From Candidatus Pelagibacter sp. HTCC7211 (GTDB taxonomy: Bacteria > Pseudomonadota > Alphaproteobacteria > Pelagibacterales > Pelagibacteraceae): a stretch of DNA of 32,000 nucleotides. The stretch lies in contig NZ_DS995298.1 of the NCBI RefSeq assembly GCF_000155895.1, positions 1,320,001-1,352,000 of the forward strand, read 5' to 3'. A program made the translations under genes and the position numbers. The first letter of the stretch is position 1. Each line of letters begins with the position of its first letter. Below, piece after piece: positions 8,044 to 16,972 of this stretch. A model generated the notes under the pieces. It was not told the origin of the DNA. It saw nothing but the letters and a program-made list of their open reading frames with translations, and made no database searches.

Positions 8044-8453
8044 TGGATATTAAAGATCAAAAAGAGTTTCCCGTAGACTCGGCACAACTTAAAGAAGTAA
8101 GAAATTTTGCAAGAGGTTTATTTGATCAAGTTCCAGAATTTGAAGATAATAGAGAAGAATTAGTTTTAGCGTTAGCAGAAGCAGCTCAAAATATCGTCAA
8201 ACATGCTTATAGTGGTCAACCAAGTGGTGACACCATGAGAGTTGAAATTGAATATCAGGACAAAGTTTTAAAAATGGAATTATTTGATAAAGGCAAACCT
8301 GTTATCCCAGAAAATATTAAACCCAGAAAATTAACGGATATTAAAGCTGGAGGATTAGGTACTTTTTTTATCGGACAAATAATGGATGAAGTTGTTTTTA
8401 AAACTAATAAAGAAGATTGGGTAAATCACTTAATCTTAACCAAAAGATTTTAA
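8043..8453 (+). CDS. anti-sigma-factor-type serine protein kinase (SpoIIAB/RsbW family, GHKL ATPase)
   Basis: About 136 aa. N-box AEAAQNIVKHAY, G1-like FDKGKP, G2 box GGLGTFFIGQIMDEV. The track starts at TTG 8040. ATG 8043 gives a TGATG overlap with the STAS stop, suggesting translational coupling. Confidence 0.85.
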   Translation: MDIKDQKEFPVDSAQLKEVRNFARGLFDQVPEFEDNREELVLALAEAAQNIVKHAYSGQPSGDTMRVEIEYQDKVLKMELFDKGKPVIPENIKPRKLTDIKAGGLGTFFIGQIMDEVVFKTNKEDWVNHLILTKRF

Positions 8454-9691
8454 CTACCAATAATAGAACCAACGTTAAAGATTGGTGAATACATCGCAAT
8501 CATCAATCCACCGATCATAGTTCCCATAAAAACAATCATGATTGGCTCAATCAAACTCGACATATTGTCAACAGCAGTATCAAATTCTTCTTCATAGTAA
8601 GCTGATACTGAATTAAACATTTCATCTAAATTTCCAGTTTGTTCACCAACAGAAATTAATTGACTAAATGTTGCAGGAAAAACTGGTTCTTTTAAAAATA
8701 ATTTTGTTAAAGTGTCACCTGAGAATACTCCTTTTTTTACATTTTCTAATGCTTGTGTAACTACATCATTGTTACTTACTGATTTTGCAATCTCAATACT
8801 CTCTAATAAATTTACACCTGCAGCACTTAGATTTCCCATAATAAGAGAAACTCTTGCAATCAATGATTTTAAAATCATATCACCAAATACTGGCATTTTT
8901 AAAACTTGTTGATGCCATTTATATCTAACAGCTGGTATTTTAGTAGTTGTGTATTTAAAGATGATATAAGTAATAAGACATACAATACCAAGTGTAAGAC
9001 CGCCACTACCTCGCATAAAATTACTAGCAGTCATAATAACTGCGGTTGGTGTAGGAAGAGCTACACCCATTCCTTCATACATTTTTGCAAAAACTGGAAC
9101 AACTTTGATTAACATGAAAACCATCACAGTTATTGCAACTGAAAACATCACAACAGGATAAGTAAGAGCACCTTTGATCTTCTTTTTAACTTTTTCCCTT
9201 TTTTCAAGAGACTCTACTAATTTTAATAAGAACGTATCTAGTTTACCGCTGGCTTCACCAGCTTTAATTAAATTGATATAAACACTATCAAAAATCTTTG
9301 GATATCTCTCAAAACACTTAGATAAAGTAATCCCTCCCTCAAGGTTTTTTCTTACATCTTCAATAATTTCTTTCATTGTCGGGTGCTCTATTTGATCTCT
9401 TAACATCGTAAGTACATTTAAGATAGGAAGTCCAGCCTTAACCATGGTTGCAAATTGTTTTGAAAAAATCATCACATCTTCTGGTTTGACTGCTTTTTTA
9501 CCAAAAGAAAAACCTCCACCTTTTTTCTTTTCTTTTTCTGCTTTTTTCTTTTTAACTTTTGTAAGATTAGTAATGATTACTTTTTGCTCTTTAAGTTTAA
9601 ATGAAGCTTCCTCTTGATTGAGAGCTTCTATCTCACCTTCAATATATTTTCCTGCTGATATGCCTTTGTATGAAAATGTTTCTGCTGACAT
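8450..9691 (-). CDS. pilC: type IV pilus platform protein PilC (GspF family)
   Basis: 413 aa. Duplicated GspF domains (FSKQFATMVKAGLPIL... and ...FSQLISVGEQTGNLDEMF), 3 TM segments, C-terminal PIFNV. Convergent with the kinase gene, 4-nt overlap. Confidence 0.95.
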   Translation of the reverse strand: MSAETFSYKGISAGKYIEGEIEALNQEEASFKLKEQKVIITNLTKVKKKKAEKEKKKGGGFSFGKKAVKPEDVMIFSKQFATMVKAGLPILNVLTMLRDQIEHPTMKEIIEDVRKNLEGGITLSKCFERYPKIFDSVYINLIKAGEASGKLDTFLLKLVESLEKREKVKKKIKGALTYPVVMFSVAITVMVFMLIKVVPVFAKMYEGMGVALPTPTAVIMTASNFMRGSGGLTLGIVCLITYIIFKYTTTKIPAVRYKWHQQVLKMPVFGDMILKSLIARVSLIMGNLSAAGVNLLESIEIAKSVSNNDVVTQALENVKKGVFSGDTLTKLFLKEPVFPATFSQLISVGEQTGNLDEMFNSVSAYYEEEFDTAVDNMSSLIEPIMIVFMGTMIGGLMIAMYSPIFNVGSIIGS

Positions 9692-9698
9692 TTTTGAT

Positions 9699-11447
9699 TT
9701 ACTCCGAACTTAATACCCGGTCAAATTCTCTAAAATTTAAATCGCCAGTTAAAATTAATTCTCGACCCATATCTTGCATAGTTCTAAATCCTTCTTTCAT
9801 TGCAATTTCTTTAAGTTCAGGCGTTGTTGCTTTTCTTAAAATTGCTTCTTTAATAGGTTTAGAAACACTTAAAATTTCATAAATACCCATTCGACCTTTG
9901 TAACCTGAGTCTTTACATTGAGAACAACCTTCTCCCTTTTGAACTTTAGCTCTTGAAGCTTGTTCTACTGTAAAACCAAAATCAGCAAGTGCTTTAGGAG
10001 TAATATCTTCATCAGGTACTCTACAGTTTGGACAAGTTTTTCTAGCAAGTCTCTGAGCAAGAATTAAACTTACAGCAGCACTAATCAGATAATCTGGTGT
10101 TCCCATGTTTTGTAATCTAGTAATTGAACTTGGGGCATCATTAGTGTGAAGAGTGCTAAATACTAAGTGACCTGTAAGTGCAGCCTTCAAACCTATATCA
10201 ACGGTTTCTTTATCCCTCATCTCTCCAACTAGAATAATCTCTGGGTCTTGTCTTAAAAAAGATCGAAGTGCTCTTTGGAAATCATAACCAATATCATCTT
10301 TAATTTGAACTTGTCCAACTCCATCCAATTCATACTCAACAGGATCTTCTGCGGTTAAAATGTTTAAGTGTGGTTTAGATACCTCTTTTAAAATACTATA
10401 AAGTGTAGTTGTTTTACCAGAACCTGTTGGACCAGTAACCAAAACTAATCCTTGAGTACCATGAATTGCTTTTCTTAAATTTTTTAAATCTTGTTCTTCA
10501 AAGTTTAATTGTTCTAAACTAATATCTCCAGCATCTTTGTTAAGAACCCTCATTACAATTCTTTCATTAGTTGCTGTTGGCAGAATTGATAAACGAAGGT
10601 CGACAACTTTTCCATCTATTTTAAATGGAATTGCTCCGTCTTGTGGTAAACGTCTTTCAGCAATATCCAATTTACCCATAATCTTAAATCTTGTTACAAC
10701 CGCACCATAATTTGAGTGTAAAAATTTCGCAAAATGTTCTTGCTCTGTAAGAATTCCATCAAGTCTATATCTAACCCTTGAACTAAATCGATATGGCTCA
10801 ATATGAATATCAGACACTCCTGATTTAATTGCTTCTGCAACAACTGCTGTACTGAATTTAATTACATCAGATTCATTTTCAATTGCTTCTATATCCTCTT
10901 CAGGTTTTTCATCCAAAAGTTCAGCGCTTTCATCAACATCGTAATCAAATGTTTTGATTTTTTCTTGATTTGCCTGCTGAATTGATTGCATGGTAGTTTC
11001 ACCCTCTGCAGATAATCTGTCAATATGAGCTGAAATATCTGACAATTTTGCAGCATGAAGCTCAATATCTTTCTTGGTAATTGTTTTTAAGTTTCTCATT
11101 AAGCTTAATTTTGAACTATCTGGAATTGCAATATGTAAAACGTTACCCTCAATTTTAAAAGGAGCTATGAAATTCATGTTTATGTAATTTGAAGGTAGCA
11201 CAGACTTTATTTCATCTGAAATTTCAGAACTTGCTAAATCAGCTATATCTAATGATTGCTCTTTAACTAATAAATCTAAAATTTTATCTTCATCAGTTAA
11301 GTTTAATTCAAATACAGCATCAATTTGTGATTTATCACCATCAGATGATTTTTTTTTAATATCAATTAAATCTTTACCAGAAATTACATCTTGATCGATT
11401 AAGATGTTTATTAAATTAATTTCCGACTCTCTACTAATCTTGATCAA
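9699..11447 (-). CDS. pilB: type IV pilus assembly ATPase PilB (GspE family)
   Basis: 582 aa. Walker A VTGPTGSGKTT, Asp box, Walker B ILVGEMRD, His box STLHTND, tetracysteine zinc motif CPNC...CSQC. The tracked start is TTG overlapping the pilQ stop, so the start codon is uncertain. Confidence 0.94.
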   Translation of the reverse strand: MIKISRESEINLINILIDQDVISGKDLIDIKKKSSDGDKSQIDAVFELNLTDEDKILDLLVKEQSLDIADLASSEISDEIKSVLPSNYINMNFIAPFKIEGNVLHIAIPDSSKLSLMRNLKTITKKDIELHAAKLSDISAHIDRLSAEGETTMQSIQQANQEKIKTFDYDVDESAELLDEKPEEDIEAIENESDVIKFSTAVVAEAIKSGVSDIHIEPYRFSSRVRYRLDGILTEQEHFAKFLHSNYGAVVTRFKIMGKLDIAERRLPQDGAIPFKIDGKVVDLRLSILPTATNERIVMRVLNKDAGDISLEQLNFEEQDLKNLRKAIHGTQGLVLVTGPTGSGKTTTLYSILKEVSKPHLNILTAEDPVEYELDGVGQVQIKDDIGYDFQRALRSFLRQDPEIILVGEMRDKETVDIGLKAALTGHLVFSTLHTNDAPSSITRLQNMGTPDYLISAAVSLILAQRLARKTCPNCRVPDEDITPKALADFGFTVEQASRAKVQKGEGCSQCKDSGYKGRMGIYEILSVSKPIKEAILRKATTPELKEIAMKEGFRTMQDMGRELILTGDLNFREFDRVLSSE

Positions 11448-12994
11448 TCTAATACCCTAGGTGCTATAAATATTAATAACTCTTCAAGCTTATCTTCCTT
11501 CTTTTTGTATTTTAAAAGATTTCCAATTACAGGAACATTTCCTAAGCCTCCTGGAACTTGTTCTTTAGCTTTTGATATATTATTAGATTTTATTCCACCG
11601 ATTACAACTATATCTCCATCTGCAACTAAAAGTTTTGTAATTATTTCCATTTTTGTAATTGGAGGTTCGTCTTGTGAAGTGTCGGCATCATCGTTATTTA
11701 CTTGTATATCTAATAAAACGTTTCCATCTCCAATAATACTTGGTGTAACTTGAAGTTTTAAAGCAGCTTCTTTAAATGAAGTTGAAGTTGTGCCTTCTGA
11801 TGTTGTTTCATAAGGAATTTCTTTACCTTGTGTAACTGAGGCAGGCTGATTATTTATAGTAAAAACTTTTGGATTTGAAATTGTCTCGACCATGCCCATT
11901 TTCTCTAAAGCTGTAATTTCAGCTTTTAAAACTGCAGAACCAGTCTTCTTTAATATACCAATACCGCTAGTAGCACCTGTTGCTGCAAAATTTGTAATTT
12001 GATCTTTTGCAACTTGAGCAAGAGCAGCAGAAGTATCATCGAGTGTTCCAGCGGAACTTGTTGAACCAACTATACCACCGATTTGCTCATCATTTCTTTT
12101 ATAATAACCGCCTAACCTTGTGCCTAATTGTTTTTCAAATTCAGATGTAGCTTTTACAACGAATGCTTCGATTAAAACTTGCTCTGTTTTAATATCAATT
12201 TCATTTAAGACTTTATCAACTGTATCAAGATCTCTTTCTTTACCTCTAACAATAATTGATCTGGTTGCTGTTTCTTCTGTAATTTTTATTGGAGAATATG
12301 CATTTTCACCTGTGCTTTTAAACAACTCTTCAATTGTAGATTTTGCTAAAGCTGGTGAGATATAATAAAGTCTAAATATTTCTGAGATAATTGGTTCAAC
12401 ACTATCTTCTAACTCTACTTTGTTTTTAACAGCTTGAGCTCTCTCTGATTTATAAGTTTCTTGAGATGTTAATGTTTCAGGTGAATGAACTCTTATTAAA
12501 TTACTATTTACATCTATATCAGATGCATAATTTTTCATATCTAATAAAGCTTGAAAAGCTTTATCCCATGGAACGTCTACTAACTCTGCAGAAATTGCAC
12601 CAGCAACTTCATCTCCAACTAAAACGTTAATTTCACCAATTTTTCCCATCAATTTCATAGTCTCTTTATAATCAAGATTTTTAAATTTTAGGGTTACTCT
12701 TTGTTTTAAAGATTTATATTCATCAGGAATTAACAAGTAATTTCTTGTAGTTTCTGAAGTAATCTTTTTTCTTTTTCTTTGAACTTTTTTATTCCCTGGT
12801 ACTGGTTTAGGGCCCATCTCAAGAGTTTTAGCAATTTCAGCTTTACCCAAAGCTTTCATATCTTTTTTTATTAAAGGTGTATTATGCTTAAATGGCTGAT
12901 TATATTTTTTTGCAAATTGAGTATTAGCACAACCACTTAGAACAAATCCTAAAATTATAACAATCGACAAATTAAAGAGTTTTTTAATATTCAT
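11444..12994 (-). CDS. pilQ: type IV pilus secretin PilQ
   Basis: 516 aa. Lipoprotein-type signal (LGFVLSG-C). Lys-rich linker, N-domains, and a C-terminal secretin domain ending VPGGLGNVPVIGNLLKYKKKEDKLEELLIFIAPRVL. I recognise no AMIN domain. Confidence 0.9.
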   Translation of the reverse strand: MNIKKLFNLSIVIILGFVLSGCANTQFAKKYNQPFKHNTPLIKKDMKALGKAEIAKTLEMGPKPVPGNKKVQRKRKKITSETTRNYLLIPDEYKSLKQRVTLKFKNLDYKETMKLMGKIGEINVLVGDEVAGAISAELVDVPWDKAFQALLDMKNYASDIDVNSNLIRVHSPETLTSQETYKSERAQAVKNKVELEDSVEPIISEIFRLYYISPALAKSTIEELFKSTGENAYSPIKITEETATRSIIVRGKERDLDTVDKVLNEIDIKTEQVLIEAFVVKATSEFEKQLGTRLGGYYKRNDEQIGGIVGSTSSAGTLDDTSAALAQVAKDQITNFAATGATSGIGILKKTGSAVLKAEITALEKMGMVETISNPKVFTINNQPASVTQGKEIPYETTSEGTTSTSFKEAALKLQVTPSIIGDGNVLLDIQVNNDDADTSQDEPPITKMEIITKLLVADGDIVVIGGIKSNNISKAKEQVPGGLGNVPVIGNLLKYKKKEDKLEELLIFIAPRVLD

Positions 12995-13454
12995 CTGCCT
13001 CTCTTATCTGGTTGTTGAAATCAATAATAATAAAAGATTTATCTTCTTTTTCGAAGATAGCCTCTGTTAATCTTAAATCTATAAATTTTATTTTTCCTAA
13101 ATACTGATTGAGATTTAAAGTAATAACGTCTCCTGATGTATTTGTTAAACTTATATAACTTTCATCTTTACCTGAAATTAAACCTGATAATTTAAAATTA
13201 TACAAACTCATTTCGTCTCTCTCTTCACCAGTTTCTGGATTTACTGTTGAGCTTCCCATTCCTTCATTACCAGCAAACGGATCGTTTAAAGGAACTTCGT
13301 CCTCATCTACTTGGCTTTGTTTGCTTTCAATTTCTTTTGTAATTTCTTTTGCTTTTTCTACTAACTCAGTATTAGTGCTATGATTATCTGCAAAAACATT
13401 TGTGTATGATAGTAACAGTATGGTTATGATTAAAAATTTCTTAAAAGAATTCAT
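12984..13454 (-). CDS. pilP: PilP-like pilus assembly protein
   Basis: 156 aa. Signal peptide (no lipobox Cys), acidic linker, C-terminal beta-domain (LYNFKLSGLISGKDESYISLTNTSGDVITLNLNQYLG). Position between pilO and pilQ. Overlaps both neighbours (14 nt and 11 nt). Confidence 0.6.
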   Translation of the reverse strand: MNSFKKFLIITILLLSYTNVFADNHSTNTELVEKAKEITKEIESKQSQVDEDEVPLNDPFAGNEGMGSSTVNPETGEERDEMSLYNFKLSGLISGKDESYISLTNTSGDVITLNLNQYLGKIKFIDLRLTEAIFEKEDKSFIIIDFNNQIREADEY

Positions 13455-14091
13455 CGGGTATACCTACTATTGTTAATTCTCCTTGTGCAATAATCGCTCC
13501 AGTTGAATCATTTTGTACAATACTTATAGTCTCTTTGTCAAAGTTTAACATTTTGCTAGATTTGGCTATAGATCTCTTAAACTTGATATATCCAAGGAAA
13601 TTGCCTTTAATCTCGTATTCAACAGGTATTTTATAATATGAAATATCTGTTTTTTTCAATAGCTCCTCTGCTTGTTGAGCTACTCCACTTTTTAAAACTG
13701 GTTTAGGTTTTTTCTTTTGAATTTTAGAAATAGTTAAACCATTCACACCAGCATACTTACTTAAGCTCTGATACAATCCTTCAACTTCTTCTTTAGAATG
13801 AAATAACGTAGAACTTTTTTTAAACTCAGGCTCAAGTTTTTTTAATCTCTTTTTATTTAGAATAATTTCATTTTCAAATTGAACAATTTCGTTTTGCTTT
13901 AAAACTTTTTCATCATACAGGGCTTTTTTATTTTTAACGATTGGATTTAAAATAGCGTAATAACCAATTAAAAAAATAATAATTGCTGCAAAACCAATCC
14001 CAAATTTTATTAATGTTTTTTTATCAATTGCTTTAAGCTTTTCTTTTAAATCACCAACATTAATATTTTTTAAATCTACATTTAAATCCAT
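13441..14091 (-). CDS. pilO: PilO-like bitopic pilus alignment protein
   Basis: One TM (FGIGFAAIIIFLIGYYAIL), then a coiled coil, then a C-terminal alpha/beta domain, in the pilN-pilO-pilP position. The tracked start 14112 is TTG. ATG at 14091 (MDLNVDL...) forms a TAATG overlap with the pilMN stop and is preferred. Confidence 0.6.
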   Translation of the reverse strand: MDLNVDLKNINVGDLKEKLKAIDKKTLIKFGIGFAAIIIFLIGYYAILNPIVKNKKALYDEKVLKQNEIVQFENEIILNKKRLKKLEPEFKKSSTLFHSKEEVEGLYQSLSKYAGVNGLTISKIQKKKPKPVLKSGVAQQAEELLKKTDISYYKIPVEYEIKGNFLGYIKFKRSIAKSSKMLNFDKETISIVQNDSTGAIIAQGELTIVGIPDEFF

Positions 14092-15806
14092 TATGCGCTC
14101 TCCAATATACAAGCTACAACAAACCCTTTCATTGTGGGAGCATTTTGCGATTGCCCATCAGGAAGAGTCATTGTTGCTAATGATGCTTGCTTAATTAATT
14201 TTTTATTATTTAAATTACTTATTAATTTTAATATATCTTGGTCACTAAATGCTGAGCCTTTTATAACAATTTGACTTGAGCCATTATACTCAACTGATTC
14301 AAACTTTACTCTTTTTGGCACTGCTGAGGCAATTTGAGCCAATACTCTAAAACTTGCAGTTTTATTTGACTTAATCGATTTACTAATCTTGAGTGACTTT
14401 AATATTATACCAACATCTTTTTCTAGTTTATTTTTTTCAAGAGTTCTAAGCTCATGAGTTTGAACGATTTCATCATAATCTACTAACTTTCCATTTAATT
14501 CTTTGATTTGCCAAAATGACAATCCAAACAATGCTATATAAATTAATGAAACAACTCCAATTACACCTTTGAATGCAAAATTTGAAAACACTTTTGCTTT
14601 CTTTTGAGCCATCATGCTGTCTCTATTTGGAAGAAGGTTAATATTTTTTACTGCTGTTACAAATTTGTAATAACCAAAAACATCTAACTTTCTAAATGCT
14701 AAACCAATCACTGTTGAGAAGTATGATCTATTTTGATAATTAACACTTTCCTCTAATTGTGCAGGAACTTTAATTTCTTTAATAGGATCTAATAAATCAA
14801 AACCAGTATTAGCTAAACTTTTTCTAAAAGTTTCAAGATAAGTATCAACATTAGTTAAATTTGAGACAACTTTTAAATTTCTAATTCTTTTTTCATATTT
14901 TGTTTCAAAATCTTGTATCGCTTGTTTAACTTGGGTTACATATCTTCTAACCAAAGCATCCATATCTTCTTGGTTATCAGAATTTAAAAGCGTATTTCTG
15001 TCTTGGCCTCTTATAAATATATCTGTAATAATTGGATTATTTTCATATAAAATCATTACATAATTTTCATCCAATCCAAATTCTAGAACTGCAGTAAGAT
15101 TACTCTCTTCAATTGATCCACCAAGTTGATTGATTTGGTCAACAGCAGATTTAAGTGCAAAACATTTTACATCAATAATAACTGCATTAAGACCACCTTT
15201 TTTAATTATCGATGTGTAACTATTAATATCTGAAAGTTTTGAGGCAACGAACAAGATATCCATAGTATTGCCAGTGGTATCTCTATTAATAACTTGATGA
15301 AAAACTGAGTAATCATTTAGATTATCAGTAAGTTGAACTAAATTTTCCCAAAGTGAATCAGTATCAATTGCTTTATTTAATTCTTCGTCAGTCATTAAGG
15401 GTGCAGTCACTACTCTTATGATTGCACTTGTAACTGGAATGGCTATTGCAGCATTTGATGTTTGTATTTTAGATTTTTGTAAAGCAATTTGTAATTGTTC
15501 CCCATACTTATCTGGTTCATCTAATACGTTTGAATTCGCATCTGCATCCTCAATTTTATGAGTAAAAAATTTTTCTAAAACCCACTTATTTGATTTGTCA
15601 GTCGATAATTGAGCTAATCTTATTTCTGTGGGGGTTAGCTCTACTCCAACAATTTCTTCACCTTGAACAGCAGATTTTCCTAACCTGTTTTTAAAGAATT
15701 TACTAAAAAATCCTTCTTTCTTTTTTTTATCTTGAGCTTGTGGGACGGGTGTTCCCTCATCACCTTTCGGTTTTTTTTTAAAAAGATTTGCAAAAGGATT
15801 TTTCAT
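14091..15806 (-). CDS. pilM: fused PilM (actin-like ATPase fold) - PilN protein
   Basis: 571 aa. After a basic ~50-aa N-terminus, aa ~50-378 look like PilM (IVGVELTPTEIRLAQL..., IIDVKCFAL). The hallmark PilN N-terminal motif INLLP is internal (aa 389-393, nt 14628-14642). It is followed by the PilN TM (GVIGVVSLIYIALFGLSFW) and a periplasmic domain. Confidence 0.8.
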   Translation of the reverse strand: MKNPFANLFKKKPKGDEGTPVPQAQDKKKKEGFFSKFFKNRLGKSAVQGEEIVGVELTPTEIRLAQLSTDKSNKWVLEKFFTHKIEDADANSNVLDEPDKYGEQLQIALQKSKIQTSNAAIAIPVTSAIIRVVTAPLMTDEELNKAIDTDSLWENLVQLTDNLNDYSVFHQVINRDTTGNTMDILFVASKLSDINSYTSIIKKGGLNAVIIDVKCFALKSAVDQINQLGGSIEESNLTAVLEFGLDENYVMILYENNPIITDIFIRGQDRNTLLNSDNQEDMDALVRRYVTQVKQAIQDFETKYEKRIRNLKVVSNLTNVDTYLETFRKSLANTGFDLLDPIKEIKVPAQLEESVNYQNRSYFSTVIGLAFRKLDVFGYYKFVTAVKNINLLPNRDSMMAQKKAKVFSNFAFKGVIGVVSLIYIALFGLSFWQIKELNGKLVDYDEIVQTHELRTLEKNKLEKDVGIILKSLKISKSIKSNKTASFRVLAQIASAVPKRVKFESVEYNGSSQIVIKGSAFSDQDILKLISNLNNKKLIKQASLATMTLPDGQSQNAPTMKGFVVACILESA

Positions 15807-15955
15807 ATAATCATTATAAGTTTAGCTATCATTATAATATAATATTAATTAATCAACTAATACTCGAATTTGATATCTTTGTGTTTATTATGGGCTAAAT
15901 TATTATTTTAAGAGTTAATTATTTAAAAAATGTAGTACTAAAGTGAATAATTATT
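15807..15955. promoter_or_regulatory. divergent promoter region between pilMN (-) and pilT (+)
   Basis: 149-nt spacer between divergent ATG starts. It carries a 10-bp direct repeat ATCATTATAA at 15810-15819 and 15828-15837. The repeat contains TATAAT on the minus strand. Confidence 0.35.
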
Positions 15956-16972
15956 ATGTTTGAAAAATTAGAAGAGCTTGCAAAAAATAATAAGAAGATT
16001 TCAGATTTTCATATTAGATCTGGATCTCCTTTAGCATACAGACAAACAGGTGAAATTATAAAAGTAGCTGACACAAATGTTACTGCTCAAGATTTAAAAG
16101 ATTTAATATCGATGAACTGTAATGAAGCTGAGACTGCAAGATTTAATGAAACTCACGAACTAGACTCAGCTGTAATGTTAAGTGGTTTAAGATTTAGAGC
16201 AAATTTTTATAAAACAATTAATGGTCCAGCTGCTGTTCTTAGAAGAGTTGAAAGTAAAATTCCAGATATGGATCAATTTAATTTACCTCAAGCATTATAT
16301 GATATCGTAGATTTTCATAAAGGTTTAGTTTTAGTAACTGGACCAACTGGCTCAGGAAAATCTACAACTCTTGCAGCGATCGTAAATGAAATTAATAAAA
16401 CTAGAACTTCAAATATTATAACTGTTGAAGATCCAGTAGAATTTATTCATAAAGACAATCAAAGTATTGTCTCACACAGAGAAGTTGGAAAACAAACTCA
16501 ATCATTTTCAGCAGCTTTAAAAGCAGCATTAAGAGAAGACCCTGATGTTATCTTAGTTGGAGAAATGAGAGATCTTGAAACAATCAGTTTAGCTTTAACA
16601 GCTGCTGAAACAGGACACTTAGTTTTTGGAACTTTGCACACAAGTGGTGCACCAAGTACCATCAATAGAATTATTGATGTATTTCCTCCTGAACAACAAG
16701 AACAAATCCGTGCGCAAATTTCAACTTCATTAAAAATGGTAGTTACTCAAAGATTACTTAAAACTAGAGATGGTCAAGGTAGAGTTGGTGCATTTGAAAT
16801 AATGAAGTGTACTCCACCAGTTCAAAACTTAATTAGAGAAGCAAAAATTCATCAAATTCCAAGTATCATGCAAACAGCAGTTAGAGATGGAATGATTACT
16901 ATGGAAAAATCTCTGGAGGAATTAGTTAAATCAGGTAAAATAGATCCAGGTGCAGCAAAATCAGGACATTAA
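15956..16972 (+). CDS. pilT: twitching-motility retraction ATPase PilT
   Basis: 338 aa. Walker A VTGPTGSGKST, Walker B ILVGEMRD, His box GTLHTSGA, and a PilT-type C-terminal helix motif VQNLIREAKIHQIPS. Confidence 0.95.
   Translation: MFEKLEELAKNNKKISDFHIRSGSPLAYRQTGEIIKVADTNVTAQDLKDLISMNCNEAETARFNETHELDSAVMLSGLRFRANFYKTINGPAAVLRRVESKIPDMDQFNLPQALYDIVDFHKGLVLVTGPTGSGKSTTLAAIVNEINKTRTSNIITVEDPVEFIHKDNQSIVSHREVGKQTQSFSAALKAALREDPDVILVGEMRDLETISLALTAAETGHLVFGTLHTSGAPSTINRIIDVFPPEQQEQIRAQISTSLKMVVTQRLLKTRDGQGRVGAFEIMKCTPPVQNLIREAKIHQIPSIMQTAVRDGMITMEKSLEELVKSGKIDPGAAKSGH

Noticed and set aside
9480-9560. Lys-rich low-complexity tract in PilC (KVKKKKAEKEKKKGGGFSFGKK) as a possible insertion or anomaly
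   Set aside because: It falls in the variable linker between the PilC N-terminal domain and the first GspF repeat. It is consistent with AT-biased codon usage (AAA/AAG) rather than a distinct feature.
11200-11447. Possible c-di-GMP-binding MshEN motif in the PilB N-terminal domain
   Set aside because: The N-terminal GSPII-like region (LINILIDQDVISGKDLIDIKKKS...) lacks the RLGxx(L/V/I)(L/V/I)xxG...LxxxLxxQ pattern by eye, so no claim is made.
8712-12365. ORFs 8712-8912, 8906-9112, 9670-9882, 11505-11753 and 12120-12365 (+) opposite pilC, pilB and pilQ
   Set aside because: They run antisense to strongly supported pilus genes and have no motifs. They are shadow ORFs.
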